From the IMG/VR virus record IMGVR_UViG_3300033182_000769, positions 32,001 to 96,000 of that record: a DNA stretch of 64,000 nucleotides; one strand, written 5' to 3'. The translations under genes were made by a program, and so were the position numbers. The DNA comes from a virus. Numbering within the stretch: the first letter of the stretch is position 1; each line of letters opens with the position of its first letter. This document shows positions 35,786 to 45,161 of this stretch, piece by piece. The notes below the pieces were generated by a model. The model did not search any database and was not told the origin of the DNA. It saw only the letters and a list, made by a program, of their open reading frames with translations.

Positions 35786-37492
35786 ATGAGTTGGAAAAAA
35801 TATTTTACACCTGTAAACGTAGGTAACTCTCCAGGAGCAATGAGCCCAATTAATGGCGCAGGCCGTCCGGGTCCTGCACGTTCGAACTATTCAAGTTATC
35901 TACCTGATGTTTATGCTGGTGCTCCAAACCGCATTGAGCGTTATATGCAATACGATACTATGGATATGGATTCAGAAGTAAATGCTGCACTTGATATTCT
36001 TGCTGAATTTTGTACTGGAAAAGATAAAGAAAACGCTACACCTTTCCATTTTTATTTCCGTAAGCAAGCAACCGGAACAGAGACAAAACTCTTAAAGGAA
36101 GGTTTGCAAAAATGGGTTAAACAGCAGCAATTTGAAAATCGAATTTTTCGAGTTGTAAGAAATACATTTAAGTATGGCGATCAGTTTTTCTTAAGAGATC
36201 CTGAAACTAAGAAGTTATATCACATTGACCCGTCAAAGGTAACAAAAATTATTGTAAATGAAAGTGACGGCAAAAAACCTGAGCAATATGTAATTAAAGA
36301 TATTAATTTTAATTTTAAAGATTTAATTGCTACTACCCCAAGAAACACAGCCAACACTGCCCCAAGCGGAACTTCGAGCTACACGTCAGGTGGAGGCTTT
36401 GGAAGAGGTATGGTTGGCGATGTTGCTCAGACAACCGGAACACGTTTTAGCAATGAGCAAAACGAAGTTACAGTTGACGCAGCACATATTGTACACTTAT
36501 CATTATCGGAAGGTTTAGACAATAACTATCCTTTTGGTACCTCGTTACTCGAGAGTGTTTTTAAAGTTTATAAGCAGAAAGAATTACTTGAAGATGCTAT
36601 CATCATCTACCGTATTCAAAGAGCTCCTGAAAGAAGAATTTTCTATGTTGACGTGGGTAATATGCCTGCTCACATGGCCATGAGCTTTGTTGAAAAAGTT
36701 AAAAACGAAATACAACAAAGACGTATCCCAAGTGCAACAGGCGGTGGCGCAAGTGTTGTTGATGCCAGTTACAATCCACTTTCAACTAACGAAGATTACT
36801 TCTTCCCACAAACAGCAGAAGGTCGTGGTAGTAAAGTTGAGACACTACCAGGCGGTACTAACTTAGGTGAAATCACAGACTTACGTTATTTTACAAACAA
36901 ACTATTCCGTGCTTTAAGAATTCCAAGTTCTTATTTGCCAACTGCTATTGACGAAACACCTAATACCGTTGCAGATGGTAAAGTAGGTACAGCATATATT
37001 CAAGAACTACGTTTCAACAAATACTGCGAAAGATTACAAAGCAACATTGTTGAATCGTTTGATAAAGAATTTAAGTTATGGTTATACCAGAATGGTTATA
37101 ATATTGACAACGGCTTGTTTGAATTAAAATTCAATCCTCCACAGAACTTTGCTGCTTATAGACAAGCAGAACTTGATACTACTCGTGTTGCTCTTTTTGC
37201 ACAAGTTATGCAAATTCCACACTTATCGAAACGATTTGCTATGAAACGTTTCTTAGGTATGTCTCAAGAAGAGATTAAAGAAAACGAACGTATGTGGATG
37301 GAAGAAAATGCAGGAAACTTACAACCTCCTGTAGAAGATATAGAAGGTGCTATGCGTGGCATTGGTATTAGTCCAGAAGGCATGAACGCCGAAATAGAAA
37401 CTCAAGATGCAACTGCTACTGACGATATGGCTGCACAAGCAGAAGCACCACCACAAGATGAAGTTCCGGCTGCTCCGGAACCTACAGCATAG
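35786..37492 (+). CDS. gp20: Portal protein gp20
   Basis: LLEDAIIIYRIQRAPERRIFYVDVGNMP, EDYFFP...GRGSKVETLPGGTNLGEITDLRYFTNKLFRALRIPSSYL and ELRFNKYCERLQ. Confidence 0.95.
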   Translation: MSWKKYFTPVNVGNSPGAMSPINGAGRPGPARSNYSSYLPDVYAGAPNRIERYMQYDTMDMDSEVNAALDILAEFCTGKDKENATPFHFYFRKQATGTETKLLKEGLQKWVKQQQFENRIFRVVRNTFKYGDQFFLRDPETKKLYHIDPSKVTKIIVNESDGKKPEQYVIKDINFNFKDLIATTPRNTANTAPSGTSSYTSGGGFGRGMVGDVAQTTGTRFSNEQNEVTVDAAHIVHLSLSEGLDNNYPFGTSLLESVFKVYKQKELLEDAIIIYRIQRAPERRIFYVDVGNMPAHMAMSFVEKVKNEIQQRRIPSATGGGASVVDASYNPLSTNEDYFFPQTAEGRGSKVETLPGGTNLGEITDLRYFTNKLFRALRIPSSYLPTAIDETPNTVADGKVGTAYIQELRFNKYCERLQSNIVESFDKEFKLWLYQNGYNIDNGLFELKFNPPQNFAAYRQAELDTTRVALFAQVMQIPHLSKRFAMKRFLGMSQEEIKENERMWMEENAGNLQPPVEDIEGAMRGIGISPEGMNAEIETQDATATDDMAAQAEAPPQDEVPAAPEPTA

Positions 37493-37493
37493 G

Positions 37494-37501
37494 TATAAAT
37501 A
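37494..37501 (+). promoter_or_regulatory. Late promoter TATAAATA (perfect T4 consensus)
   Basis: Immediately after the portal stop and 4 nt before ATG 37506. Confidence 0.8.
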
Positions 37502-37505
37502 CGTT

Positions 37506-37751
37506 ATGCTTCTAAGAGAGTTTTTTTATTTTAACGATAACACAAACGACTTTTCAAAAGATCGTAGGTACGACAGTGAGCGTGATTCTTCTGTTGTCGA
37601 AAAGAGCGACACACGAAAGATTCGTCTAACCCTACGCCAGATTAATCAATTAAGAATGCAAGCAGAAGCTCACAATGCCGAAAGAGAATCCGAACTGGGC
37701 TTCATTAGACAAATGTACGGTACCCCAGTTGCAGCAGAAGCCGAAGCATAA
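37506..37751 (+). CDS. Small hypothetical head-cluster protein (81 aa, MLLREFFYF...); start revised from 37407
   Basis: The ATG follows the late promoter. The longer ORF-track call overlaps the portal gene. Confidence 0.7.
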   Translation: MLLREFFYFNDNTNDFSKDRRYDSERDSSVVEKSDTRKIRLTLRQINQLRMQAEAHNAERESELGFIRQMYGTPVAAEAEA

Positions 37752-38349
37752 AGAGATAGCATTCGTTTTAGGAAACGGAAATAGTAGACTTCATGTGAAT
37801 CATGATAGTTTATTTGATATTGGAACTGTTTACGGATGCAACGCTCAGTATAGAGAATTTTCCCCTGACTACTTAATATGTGTTGACGTGAAAATGGTCA
37901 ACGAAGTCATTGCATCTGGCTATAATAAAGAACACACAGTATGGACAAATCCTAATAAAGGTGTGTCAAATAAGAAGAATTTGAGCTTTTTTAACCCACA
38001 TAAAGGGTGGTCGAGTGGACCTACAGCACTATGGCTTGCTGCAACAAACGGACACAGAGAGATCTTTATTCATGGTTTTGACTATCAAGGTCTTAACGGA
38101 AAGTTTAATAACATTTATGCTGATACATTTAACTATAAAAAATCAACAGATTCGGCAACTTTTTTTGGAAATTGGCTTAATCAAACTGAAAAAGTAATAA
38201 AGGAATTTCCACATACACGCTTCTATCGTGTAATAGAAACCGGTTCTTTTATACCAGATAAGTTAGGAAAACATTTAGCGAATTTAAAACATCTTGATTA
38301 CAAAGAATTTGAAAATCGCTTCAATGGCACTACTTATTTGGCAAAATGA
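37675..38349 (+). CDS. DUF115/MptE/Maf-like or sialyltransferase-like Rossmann-fold protein (true start may be later, e.g. TTG near 37729)
   Basis: AFVLGNGNSR, VYGCN, PDYLICVD, SSGPTALWLA...EIFIHGFD follow the GNGPS / CN / SG...A....G...I...GFD pattern. Confidence 0.6.
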   Translation: MPKENPNWASLDKCTVPQLQQKPKHKEIAFVLGNGNSRLHVNHDSLFDIGTVYGCNAQYREFSPDYLICVDVKMVNEVIASGYNKEHTVWTNPNKGVSNKKNLSFFNPHKGWSSGPTALWLAATNGHREIFIHGFDYQGLNGKFNNIYADTFNYKKSTDSATFFGNWLNQTEKVIKEFPHTRFYRVIETGSFIPDKLGKHLANLKHLDYKEFENRFNGTTYLAK

Positions 38350-38359
38350 ATCAAAAAAA

Positions 38360-38397
38360 CACCATTTAATGGTGATTTTGTAACTATTATGTAAATA
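38360..38397 (+). promoter_or_regulatory. Hairpin CACCAT-TTA-ATGGTG followed by late promoter core TAAATA (38392-38397)
   Basis: Seen directly, upstream of the AGGAG RBS of ORF 38434. Confidence 0.5.
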
Positions 38398-38433
38398 ATA
38401 CTGACGCCCTTATCATATATAGGAGATTTAGAC

Positions 38434-39288
38434 ATGGCAGATAAAGAATTACTATCTCAAATGCTTGAGCATTTGGTAAACGAAAATCAAGAGAAAGCAG
38501 AAGAGCTTTTCCACGAGTACGTGGTTAGCAAATCACGTGAAATCTACGAGTCATTAATTGAAGAAGAATTAGATGATGAAGTTTCAGAAGAAGTCGAAGA
38601 AGAAGTAGACGAAGCAACTGACGAAGAAGTAGATGAGTCAAGTGACGACGAAAAAGTAGACGAGTCAAGTGACGAAGAAGTAGACGAAGAATTTGAAGAT
38701 ATCGCTATCGAAGCAGACGATGAAATGGATGCTGACATGGGTGGCGATGCTACTGATGATCTTGCTGGCGAAATCGAAGACGGCGAAGAAGGTGACGACG
38801 AAGGTGACAAGTCTGAAGAAGAATTATTCCAAGACTTAGACGCTATTGTTGATGAGCTTCAAGCAAAATTTGACGAGCTAAAAGGCGAAGAAGAAGGTGA
38901 AATGGACGACATGGAAGGCGAAGAAGAAGCATTCGCACCTGAGTCAGATGAAATGTCTTTTGAAGATGAACTTGCAACTGTACGTGAGTATGTTGAAAAA
39001 GTTAGCGGCGGCGCAGCATCATCAGAAACTACAGCAGACAATAAAAAGAGTGTTGTTGATAACATGAAAAACGATATGGGCGGTACTAACGCAAACATCG
39101 TTAAAAGCAGCAGCGAAGAAAAAGGTCGCACTGCACCTTCTGCAAAAGAAGATAACGCAGGCAACGTAAATACTCCAGGTTCAAAGAACGCTACTAAGAT
39201 GTCAAACGAGCCAGGACACGGTGCTGAGAAAAAAGGTAAAGCAGAAGAAGCAGACAACACTGACTCACTTTTCCGTGGCCGTAGATAA
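38434..39288 (+). CDS. Highly acidic prohead core/scaffold-like protein (gp67/gp68 position)
   Basis: Extremely D/E-rich, with repeated (K/E)VDESSD(D/E)E units. Lies between the portal and the protease. Confidence 0.65.
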   Translation: MADKELLSQMLEHLVNENQEKAEELFHEYVVSKSREIYESLIEEELDDEVSEEVEEEVDEATDEEVDESSDDEKVDESSDEEVDEEFEDIAIEADDEMDADMGGDATDDLAGEIEDGEEGDDEGDKSEEELFQDLDAIVDELQAKFDELKGEEEGEMDDMEGEEEAFAPESDEMSFEDELATVREYVEKVSGGAASSETTADNKKSVVDNMKNDMGGTNANIVKSSSEEKGRTAPSAKEDNAGNVNTPGSKNATKMSNEPGHGAEKKGKAEEADNTDSLFRGRR

Positions 39289-39305
39289 TTAGAGAGGAAA
39301 CTAAG

Positions 39306-39932
39306 GTGAATACTACTCTAACAGAACATCTGAGTTTTGACCAGGCTAAGATCGTCCTTGAGCAAGAAGAAGGTGAAAACGGTAAGTCAATGTACTTGAA
39401 TGGAATTTGCATTCAAGGTGACATCCGTAACCAAAACCAACGTGTTTATTCTTCTAAGGAAATTGATAGGGCTGTCAAGACACTCAACGAACAGATCTCT
39501 GGCGGATACTCTGTGTTAGGGGAAGTTGACCACCCTGAAGATTTACGTATCAACTTGGACCGCGTCAGTCACATGATTACTAAAATGTGGATGGACGGTC
39601 CAAACGGCTACGGAAAACTTAAATTACTACCGACTCCAATGGGCCAATTAGTAGAAACAATGCTAAAAAGCGGAGTCAAATTAGGTGTAAGTTCGAGAGG
39701 TTCAGGTGAAGTTGACGAAAGCGGTAATGTTCATGGATTTGAAATTATTACTGTTGACGTTGTAGCTCAACCATCTGCACCTGGCGCTTACCCAACACCA
39801 GTATATGAACACCTTATGAACAATAAAGGTGGCTATCAGGCTTATAAATTAGCACAAGAAGTCAAAGGCGACCCACAGGCACAACGATACATAGCAGAAA
39901 GCCTTAAGAAAATTATTTCAAGGCTTAAGTAA
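39306..39932 (+). CDS. gp21: Prohead protease gp21
   Basis: GICIQGDIRNQNQRVY, LGEVDHP, INLDRVSHMI, GVSSRGSG and DVVAQPSAPGAY, containing the His/Ser catalytic motifs. Confidence 0.95.
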   Translation: MNTTLTEHLSFDQAKIVLEQEEGENGKSMYLNGICIQGDIRNQNQRVYSSKEIDRAVKTLNEQISGGYSVLGEVDHPEDLRINLDRVSHMITKMWMDGPNGYGKLKLLPTPMGQLVETMLKSGVKLGVSSRGSGEVDESGNVHGFEIITVDVVAQPSAPGAYPTPVYEHLMNNKGGYQAYKLAQEVKGDPQAQRYIAESLKKIISRLK

Positions 39933-39947
39933 CAAGGAGAATCACAA

Positions 39948-41045
39948 ATGCTTGAATTAGTAAAACAATTGTTTGAAAACAATGTGATTTCCGAAGAAAC
40001 CATGTCGGAAATAGAAACCGCTTGGGAAACAAAAATTAACGAAGCAAAAGAAGAAGTTACTACTTCACTTCGTGAAGAATACGCTCAAAAGTATGAGCAT
40101 GATAAGACTGCGATGGTCGAGGCTGTGGAGTCAATGTTAGCAGACCGCATTGAAGCGGAACTAACAGAGTTTGCAGAAGATCGCCAAGGACTTATCGATA
40201 TGAAAACTAAGTATGCTCTTAAGATGAAAGACGATGCAGTGGCTCTTGAGTCATTTGTAATGCAGAATCTTAAGAAAGAACTTGGTGAACTTCACGAAGA
40301 TCGTAAAAGTGTAGCAAACAATGTTGCTAAATTAGAATCTTTCATTGTAGATGCTCTTGCAAAAGAGATTGCTGAATTCCACGCTGATAAGAAAGATCTT
40401 GCAGAAACTAAGGTTAAATTAGTTCGCGAAAGCAAGGCAAAATTCGAAGCGTTTAAGAAAGATTTTGTTGCAAAAACAACTGCAATTATTTCAGAAACAG
40501 TCACAAAAGGCTTACGTTCTGAGATGACTCAGTTGAAAGAAGACATTGAAGATGCACGTAGAAACGACTTTGGACGCAGAATTTTTGAAAGTTTTGCAAG
40601 TGAATATGCGACAAGTTACCTTAACGAGAAAAGCGAAACTGCTAAACTTCTACAAGTTGTTAAGCAGAAAGAACTTGAACTTGAAGAGGCAGCAAAAATT
40701 GTTGCAGACACAAAAGAATTGGTCGAGTCAAAAGAAGCAGAAATTAAAGTGGTCAAGGAATCTGCACAACGTAAAGACGTTATGGCAGAACTACTTGGTC
40801 CTTTAAGTGGCGACAAGCGCGAAGTAATGAGCGACTTGTTAGAATCTGTTAAGACTGATAAACTACACGCGGCATTCGACAAGTACTTACCGGCCGTTAT
40901 GGACGGTGGTAGACCAGCGAAGCAAGCGTTGACAGAAGGCAAAGAAATTACAGGCGATAAACAAATTAAGGCACCACAAACCAGCGGAGAAGAAAAAACC
41001 GCTGAGATTTTTGACATCCGCAGGCTTGCGGGCTTAAAAGTTTAA
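39948..41045 (+). CDS. gp22: Prohead core scaffold gp22-like
   Basis: Acidic coiled-coil protein between gp21 and gp23. Confidence 0.8.
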   Translation: MLELVKQLFENNVISEETMSEIETAWETKINEAKEEVTTSLREEYAQKYEHDKTAMVEAVESMLADRIEAELTEFAEDRQGLIDMKTKYALKMKDDAVALESFVMQNLKKELGELHEDRKSVANNVAKLESFIVDALAKEIAEFHADKKDLAETKVKLVRESKAKFEAFKKDFVAKTTAIISETVTKGLRSEMTQLKEDIEDARRNDFGRRIFESFASEYATSYLNEKSETAKLLQVVKQKELELEEAAKIVADTKELVESKEAEIKVVKESAQRKDVMAELLGPLSGDKREVMSDLLESVKTDKLHAAFDKYLPAVMDGGRPAKQALTEGKEITGDKQIKAPQTSGEEKTAEIFDIRRLAGLKV

Positions 41046-41058
41046 GGAGAATATTAAA

Positions 41059-42228
41059 ATGTCACAACTACTTGAAAGTCGCTGGTCAGAAACCAAAGAT
41101 GCCCTTTTAGAAGGTCTTCAAGGTAACAAGCGTTCAGTAATGGATACTACTCTTGAAAATACTCGCAAGTATTTGTCAGAGAGTGCTACTGCTGGTGCTA
41201 CTTCTGCCGGTAACGTTGCAACTTTAAATCGCGTCATCCTTCCAGTGATTAGACGTGTAATGCCAACCGTTATTGCTAACGAGTTGGTTGGCGTACAGCC
41301 AATGACTGGTCCAGTAGGTCAAATCCACACCTTGCGTGTACGTTATGCAGATGACTTTACTTCTGCAAGCGGTACTGATACTACTGCTGGTGATGAAGCA
41401 TTATCACCATTCAAGATTGCAGAAGGATATTCTGGTAACGACGTAACTGCTGCTTCTACTGCGGCACTTGAAGGTAACGCTGGTAACAGATTATCAATTC
41501 AAATCTTGAAACAAACTGTTGAAGCAAAGACTCGTAAGTTATCAGCTCGCTGGACTTTCGAAGCAGCGCAAGACGCACAAGCTCAACAGGGTATTGACGT
41601 TGAAGCAGAAATTATGGCTGCTTTGGCTCAAGAGATTACCGCTGAAATTGATCAGGAGATCTTAGCATCTCTATCAACTTTAGCAGGTACTGCTGCACTA
41701 ACTTATGATCAGGCTGCTGTTAGCGGTACTGCTACTTTCGTTGGTGACGAACACGCAGCTCTTGCAGTTCAAATCAACCGTGTTTCTAACTTGATTGCAC
41801 AGCGTACACGTCGTGGTGCAGGTAACTGGGCTGTTGTTTCACCAACAGTATTAACTTTGTTACAATCTGCTACTACTTCTGCGTTTGCACGTACTACAGA
41901 AGGTACTTTTGAAGCACCAACTAACACTAAGTTCGTTGGTACATTGAACAGTGCTATGCGTGTTTACGTTAACGGTTATGCAACAAGCGATGACGTACTT
42001 GTTGGTTACAAAGGTTCTTCAGAATCAGATGCAGCAGCATTCTACTGCCCATACATTCCATTGATGAGCAGCGGTGTTGTACTTGATCCTGCTACCTTCG
42101 AGCCAGTAGTATCGTTCATGACAAGATATGGTTATGTTGAGTTAACTAACACAGCATCATCTCTTGGTAACGCTGCTGACTACTTAGGTAAAGTAGAAGT
42201 TACTTCTGCAAACCTACGTTTCGCATAA
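41059..42228 (+). CDS. gp23: Major capsid protein gp23
   Basis: IRRVMPTVIANELVGVQPMTGPVGQI, VEAKTRKLSARWTFEAAQD, TRRGAGNW, GYKGSSESDAAAFYCPYIPL and FMTRYG. Likely cleavage at YLSE/S. Confidence 0.96.
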   Translation: MSQLLESRWSETKDALLEGLQGNKRSVMDTTLENTRKYLSESATAGATSAGNVATLNRVILPVIRRVMPTVIANELVGVQPMTGPVGQIHTLRVRYADDFTSASGTDTTAGDEALSPFKIAEGYSGNDVTAASTAALEGNAGNRLSIQILKQTVEAKTRKLSARWTFEAAQDAQAQQGIDVEAEIMAALAQEITAEIDQEILASLSTLAGTAALTYDQAAVSGTATFVGDEHAALAVQINRVSNLIAQRTRRGAGNWAVVSPTVLTLLQSATTSAFARTTEGTFEAPTNTKFVGTLNSAMRVYVNGYATSDDVLVGYKGSSESDAAAFYCPYIPLMSSGVVLDPATFEPVVSFMTRYGYVELTNTASSLGNAADYLGKVEVTSANLRFA

Positions 42229-42253
42229 GAAGCAAACACTTTATAAGTGTACT

Positions 42254-42284
42254 AAAAAGGGTGGATTTAATCCACCCTTTTTTT
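42254..42284 (+). terminator. Rho-independent terminator after gp23 (bidirectional geometry)
   Basis: AAAAA-GGGTGGAT-TTA-ATCCACCC-TTTTTTT. Confidence 0.9.
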
Positions 42285-42303
42285 ATGTCTGTTAAATACG
42301 TGT

Positions 42304-42573
42304 ATGGAAATACGTAGCGACAAAGACTTTCCCGCTCTAAGACAGTATCTTAGAGATATGGCTATTCGTCATTCTATTTTCAAAAAAGATGTACAGAGAA
42401 TTGAAAAATCTATTGAAGATCATATAACACGTTATAGTAAGCATCTTGTAAAATATAGACAGACTAAAAGCGAGCGGTATGTTGAACATGCATACGTCGA
42501 AATAGATGAAATTAATAGAATATTAAAAACTGTAGAAAAGATCGAATTAATGGCATTGTTAAGTAGAAGATAA
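42304..42573 (+). CDS. Hypothetical protein (89 aa), probably a leaderless late gene
   Basis: TAAATA at 42293-42298, ATG 5 nt later, no RBS. Confidence 0.7.
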   Translation: MEIRSDKDFPALRQYLRDMAIRHSIFKKDVQRIEKSIEDHITRYSKHLVKYRQTKSERYVEHAYVEIDEINRILKTVEKIELMALLSRR

Positions 42574-42576
42574 ATA
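42570..42576 (+). promoter_or_regulatory. Late promoter ATAAATA
   Basis: Overlaps the upstream stop codon and precedes a structured leader. Confidence 0.7.
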
Positions 42577-42580
42577 CAAT

Positions 42581-42656
42581 GTCAGATAGTGTGCCGCAAC
42601 GGAGTGGCGGACTTATGGGGAATCCAACCCCGTAGCGGATAGAACCCGCATCGGAC
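42581..42656 (+). ncRNA. Candidate structured 5' leader (76-nt four-way junction)
   Basis: Closing stem GTCAGAT/ATCGGAC (6 of 7 pairs) encloses the hairpins CCGC/GCGG, TATGGGG/CCCCGTA and GCGG/CCGC. It is a GC-rich island directly before the RBS. Confidence 0.6.
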
Positions 42657-42676
42657 TTCTATTAAGGAGAAAACAA

Positions 42677-43123
42677 ATGGGAAGACCACTAAACAAGAGA
42701 TATTTCGGCGAACCTACTGCCGGAGGCAACGAAATTAAATGCGATTTTCACAACGGTACAGCAGTTGTTGAAGGTCATATTGTTCGTCAAAAAGGTAGCA
42801 AGAAATTTATTGTAGCAGAGATTGGCGCCGATGATACTGAGTATACTTGCTACTTAACTACTGGTAAATTAACTTCATCATTAGCCGCAGGCGAAATGGC
42901 TATTACAATGTTAATGGACGATAGTGAAACATACCAAGTTTCAAAAATCACCGGACGCAGAGCTACATTAATTGCTCCAGACGGTACAGGTTCAAACGCA
43001 TATGACGGACAGTCAGTGGCATGGAACTTTACAGTATCTGCTACTGATGGCGCAGCACAAGTTGAAGAGGCCGGTGACGACGATACTGCTGGCGTTGATG
43101 ACGACGATTTTGCTAATGCGTAA
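42677..43123 (+). CDS. Putative virion structural protein (MGRPLNKRYFG..., 148 aa)
   Basis: Strong AAGGAG RBS, late promoter, beta-rich sequence with an acidic tail, located after gp23. Confidence 0.65.
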   Translation: MGRPLNKRYFGEPTAGGNEIKCDFHNGTAVVEGHIVRQKGSKKFIVAEIGADDTEYTCYLTTGKLTSSLAAGEMAITMLMDDSETYQVSKITGRRATLIAPDGTGSNAYDGQSVAWNFTVSATDGAAQVEEAGDDDTAGVDDDDFANA

Positions 43124-43140
43124 TTGATGAGAGTTAGTTA

Positions 43141-44178
43141 ATGGGACAGTTTATTCAGACAAGCGGCGACTACACCATTAAAACAGGTGAAGGTAACCAA
43201 ATAAAATTTGATACCGGTGCCGGTATCGGTGAAGTTCGTGTAACAGGCAACTTAGTTGTTGAAGGTGATACACTTACTGTTTCGGCTGAAAACTTAAACG
43301 TTAACGATAACATTATCATTCTTAACTACGGTGAAACACAACCCGGAGTATCTTTAAGGTACTCCGGTATTCAAATCGATCGTGGTATTGGTAATGTTTC
43401 AAACTCAGGAGCAGATGGTCCTGCTTCTGTCGTATACGATGAAAATGATGATACGTGGAACTTTGCACACGGATCTCCCGAGAGTATCTGGAATTATGCA
43501 GAAAGTAAAATTCGAACCAGATCAATTTTAACGAATGCAGATACTGACGGCGGAGACTTAACATTAATCGGTTATGGTACCGGTGTAGTTAAGGTTTCAG
43601 GAACAACAAATTATCATTTGCAAGTAACAGAAAACGATCATATTCCAAATAAAAAATATGTTGACGACGCTATCCAGTTAAGTCCAACATATCAAATTAA
43701 ATCGCCAGACGGTGCAGGTACCAATTCTGGAGATTCAAGAGTTATTATTGCTGATAAAGATGTTTTTCCTAATATTGTTACTCAACCAGGATCGTTGGCT
43801 GCGTTTGCTAATCAAACAGGGTATTCAACTTTTGGCGATAGTGCTATTTCTGTATTAATTGATGGTATTCTAAATACACAATTCTATTCAAACAGGGTAG
43901 TAATGCAAGGCTTAGAATACACAGGTAATGAGATTACCAATAACGATACTAATGCAAACATTTTTATTAGAACACAAGGCACTGGTAGATTACAAACTAA
44001 CTACGCTTTAGAGTTAGAAGAAATTGCAGTTACACCTGCCTATGTAGGAAATTCAACTATTATTCATGCTCGCACTCCTAACTTAGGTGGCTCAGGAATT
44101 TACTTTGTAGGTTCAAATGGAAAAAATGACGAATTGATAAGTAAAAATAAAGCAGTTCTTTATAGCATGATATTTTAA
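43141..44178 (+). CDS. Virion structural/fibre-associated protein (345 aa)
   Basis: Fibre-like motifs VTGNLVVEGDTLTVSAENLNVNDNIIILN, GIQIDRG and IPNKKYVDD. Confidence 0.6.
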   Translation: MGQFIQTSGDYTIKTGEGNQIKFDTGAGIGEVRVTGNLVVEGDTLTVSAENLNVNDNIIILNYGETQPGVSLRYSGIQIDRGIGNVSNSGADGPASVVYDENDDTWNFAHGSPESIWNYAESKIRTRSILTNADTDGGDLTLIGYGTGVVKVSGTTNYHLQVTENDHIPNKKYVDDAIQLSPTYQIKSPDGAGTNSGDSRVIIADKDVFPNIVTQPGSLAAFANQTGYSTFGDSAISVLIDGILNTQFYSNRVVMQGLEYTGNEITNNDTNANIFIRTQGTGRLQTNYALELEEIAVTPAYVGNSTIIHARTPNLGGSGIYFVGSNGKNDELISKNKAVLYSMIF

Positions 44179-44189
44179 GAGAAAAACAA

Positions 44190-44573
44190 ATGATTTATAG
44201 TAAATTAATTACATCAACAGATATTACAGTTCCAGTAGAAGCGTTTACGAGCTCGTCTACAGGAGATCCAATCGGCGGCGCAGTAGTAGGTCAGACTAAT
44301 GCAATTACAACAATGATTTTATGTAATACAGGAACAGTTGACATTGCGGATGAAAGCGTTAACACTGTAAATGTAAATGTTTATCTTGTAAAGCAAGGTG
44401 CAGTTGCATCAGCAGCAAACACTATTGTAAGTCATTTAACTATTCCAGCAGGGGAAACTGTATTCTTTAGCGACGAAAAAATTATTTTAGATTCAGGCGA
44501 TGAGATTTGGGTCAGTACAAATGATAGCACAGGAGCGTTAATTGCATTTACAGTGAGTGCATTACCGGTATAA
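44190..44573 (+). CDS. Small beta-rich virion protein, paralog of ORFs 48443 and 63601
   Basis: TMILCNT...IPAGETV...KIILDSGDEIWV. Confidence 0.6.
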   Translation: MIYSKLITSTDITVPVEAFTSSSTGDPIGGAVVGQTNAITTMILCNTGTVDIADESVNTVNVNVYLVKQGAVASAANTIVSHLTIPAGETVFFSDEKIILDSGDEIWVSTNDSTGALIAFTVSALPV

Positions 44574-44576
44574 AAA

Positions 44577-45119
44577 ATGAAATTTTTAAAATCTCAAAAC
44601 ACATCAAAGTATAGTCCAAGCGATAATGCATTCCATGTTAATCCATACGGAAGAGCTGTAATGGATATTAACGGTGCTGTAATGGTTCCAAAGGGAACAG
44701 AAGCAGAAAGACCGGATATTACTGGTGTTAGACAACCAGGAGAAGGTAATGCAACATACCCAGCAAATGGCTATTTAAGATTTAATACCGATACCAACTC
44801 GTTTGAAGGCTACATCAACGGCATCTGGGAAGTTATTCGTGCTCCGGGAGCAAATTCTATTACAAAGCAAACACTTGGGCCAGGTGATTACTCTGAACTA
44901 ATCTTTGGACCATTGTTAACTGACGATATTTTTGTAAATGCTTATTCAGCAAGTGCCGATAATCTTATTGTTTTAGTTGAAAACGTAATGCAGGTTTCGA
45001 GTACAAACTTCACTATCGTTCAAAATCCATCAGGCTACGCTGCAGGCTGGTACATTCAATTTACATCACCTGTACCCTTAGACAAATACGTAACCGTTTA
45101 CTACGGTTTTGCAAACTAA
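44577..45119 (+). CDS. Virion/fibre-associated protein (180 aa)
   Basis: The motif VMVPKGTEAERP...GYLRFNTDTNSFEGY is shared with the C-termini of ORFs 45162 and 47383. Confidence 0.6.
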   Translation: MKFLKSQNTSKYSPSDNAFHVNPYGRAVMDINGAVMVPKGTEAERPDITGVRQPGEGNATYPANGYLRFNTDTNSFEGYINGIWEVIRAPGANSITKQTLGPGDYSELIFGPLLTDDIFVNAYSASADNLIVLVENVMQVSSTNFTIVQNPSGYAAGWYIQFTSPVPLDKYVTVYYGFAN

Positions 45120-45131
45120 TACCAAAAAACA

Positions 45132-45138
45132 ATAAATA
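45132..45138 (+). promoter_or_regulatory. Late promoter ATAAATA
   Basis: Upstream of the AGGAG RBS of ORF 45162. Confidence 0.65.
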
Positions 45139-45161
45139 CTGTTGTATTAGGAGAGCGACAA

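Noticed and set aside
37407-37505. N-terminal extension of the 114 aa ORF
   Set aside because: Overlaps the portal C-terminus out of frame and lies upstream of the late promoter. ATG 37506 is preferred.
38580-38700. Tandem DNA repeats (GAAGAAGTAGACGA.../GAGTCAAGTGACGA)
   Set aside because: In-frame acidic peptide repeats of the scaffold-like protein, not an independent element.
42581-42656. tRNA-Gly(TCC)
   Set aside because: The size and a 7-nt loop with central TCC are suggestive, but there is no U33, no GTTC T-arm, no variable loop and no CCA.
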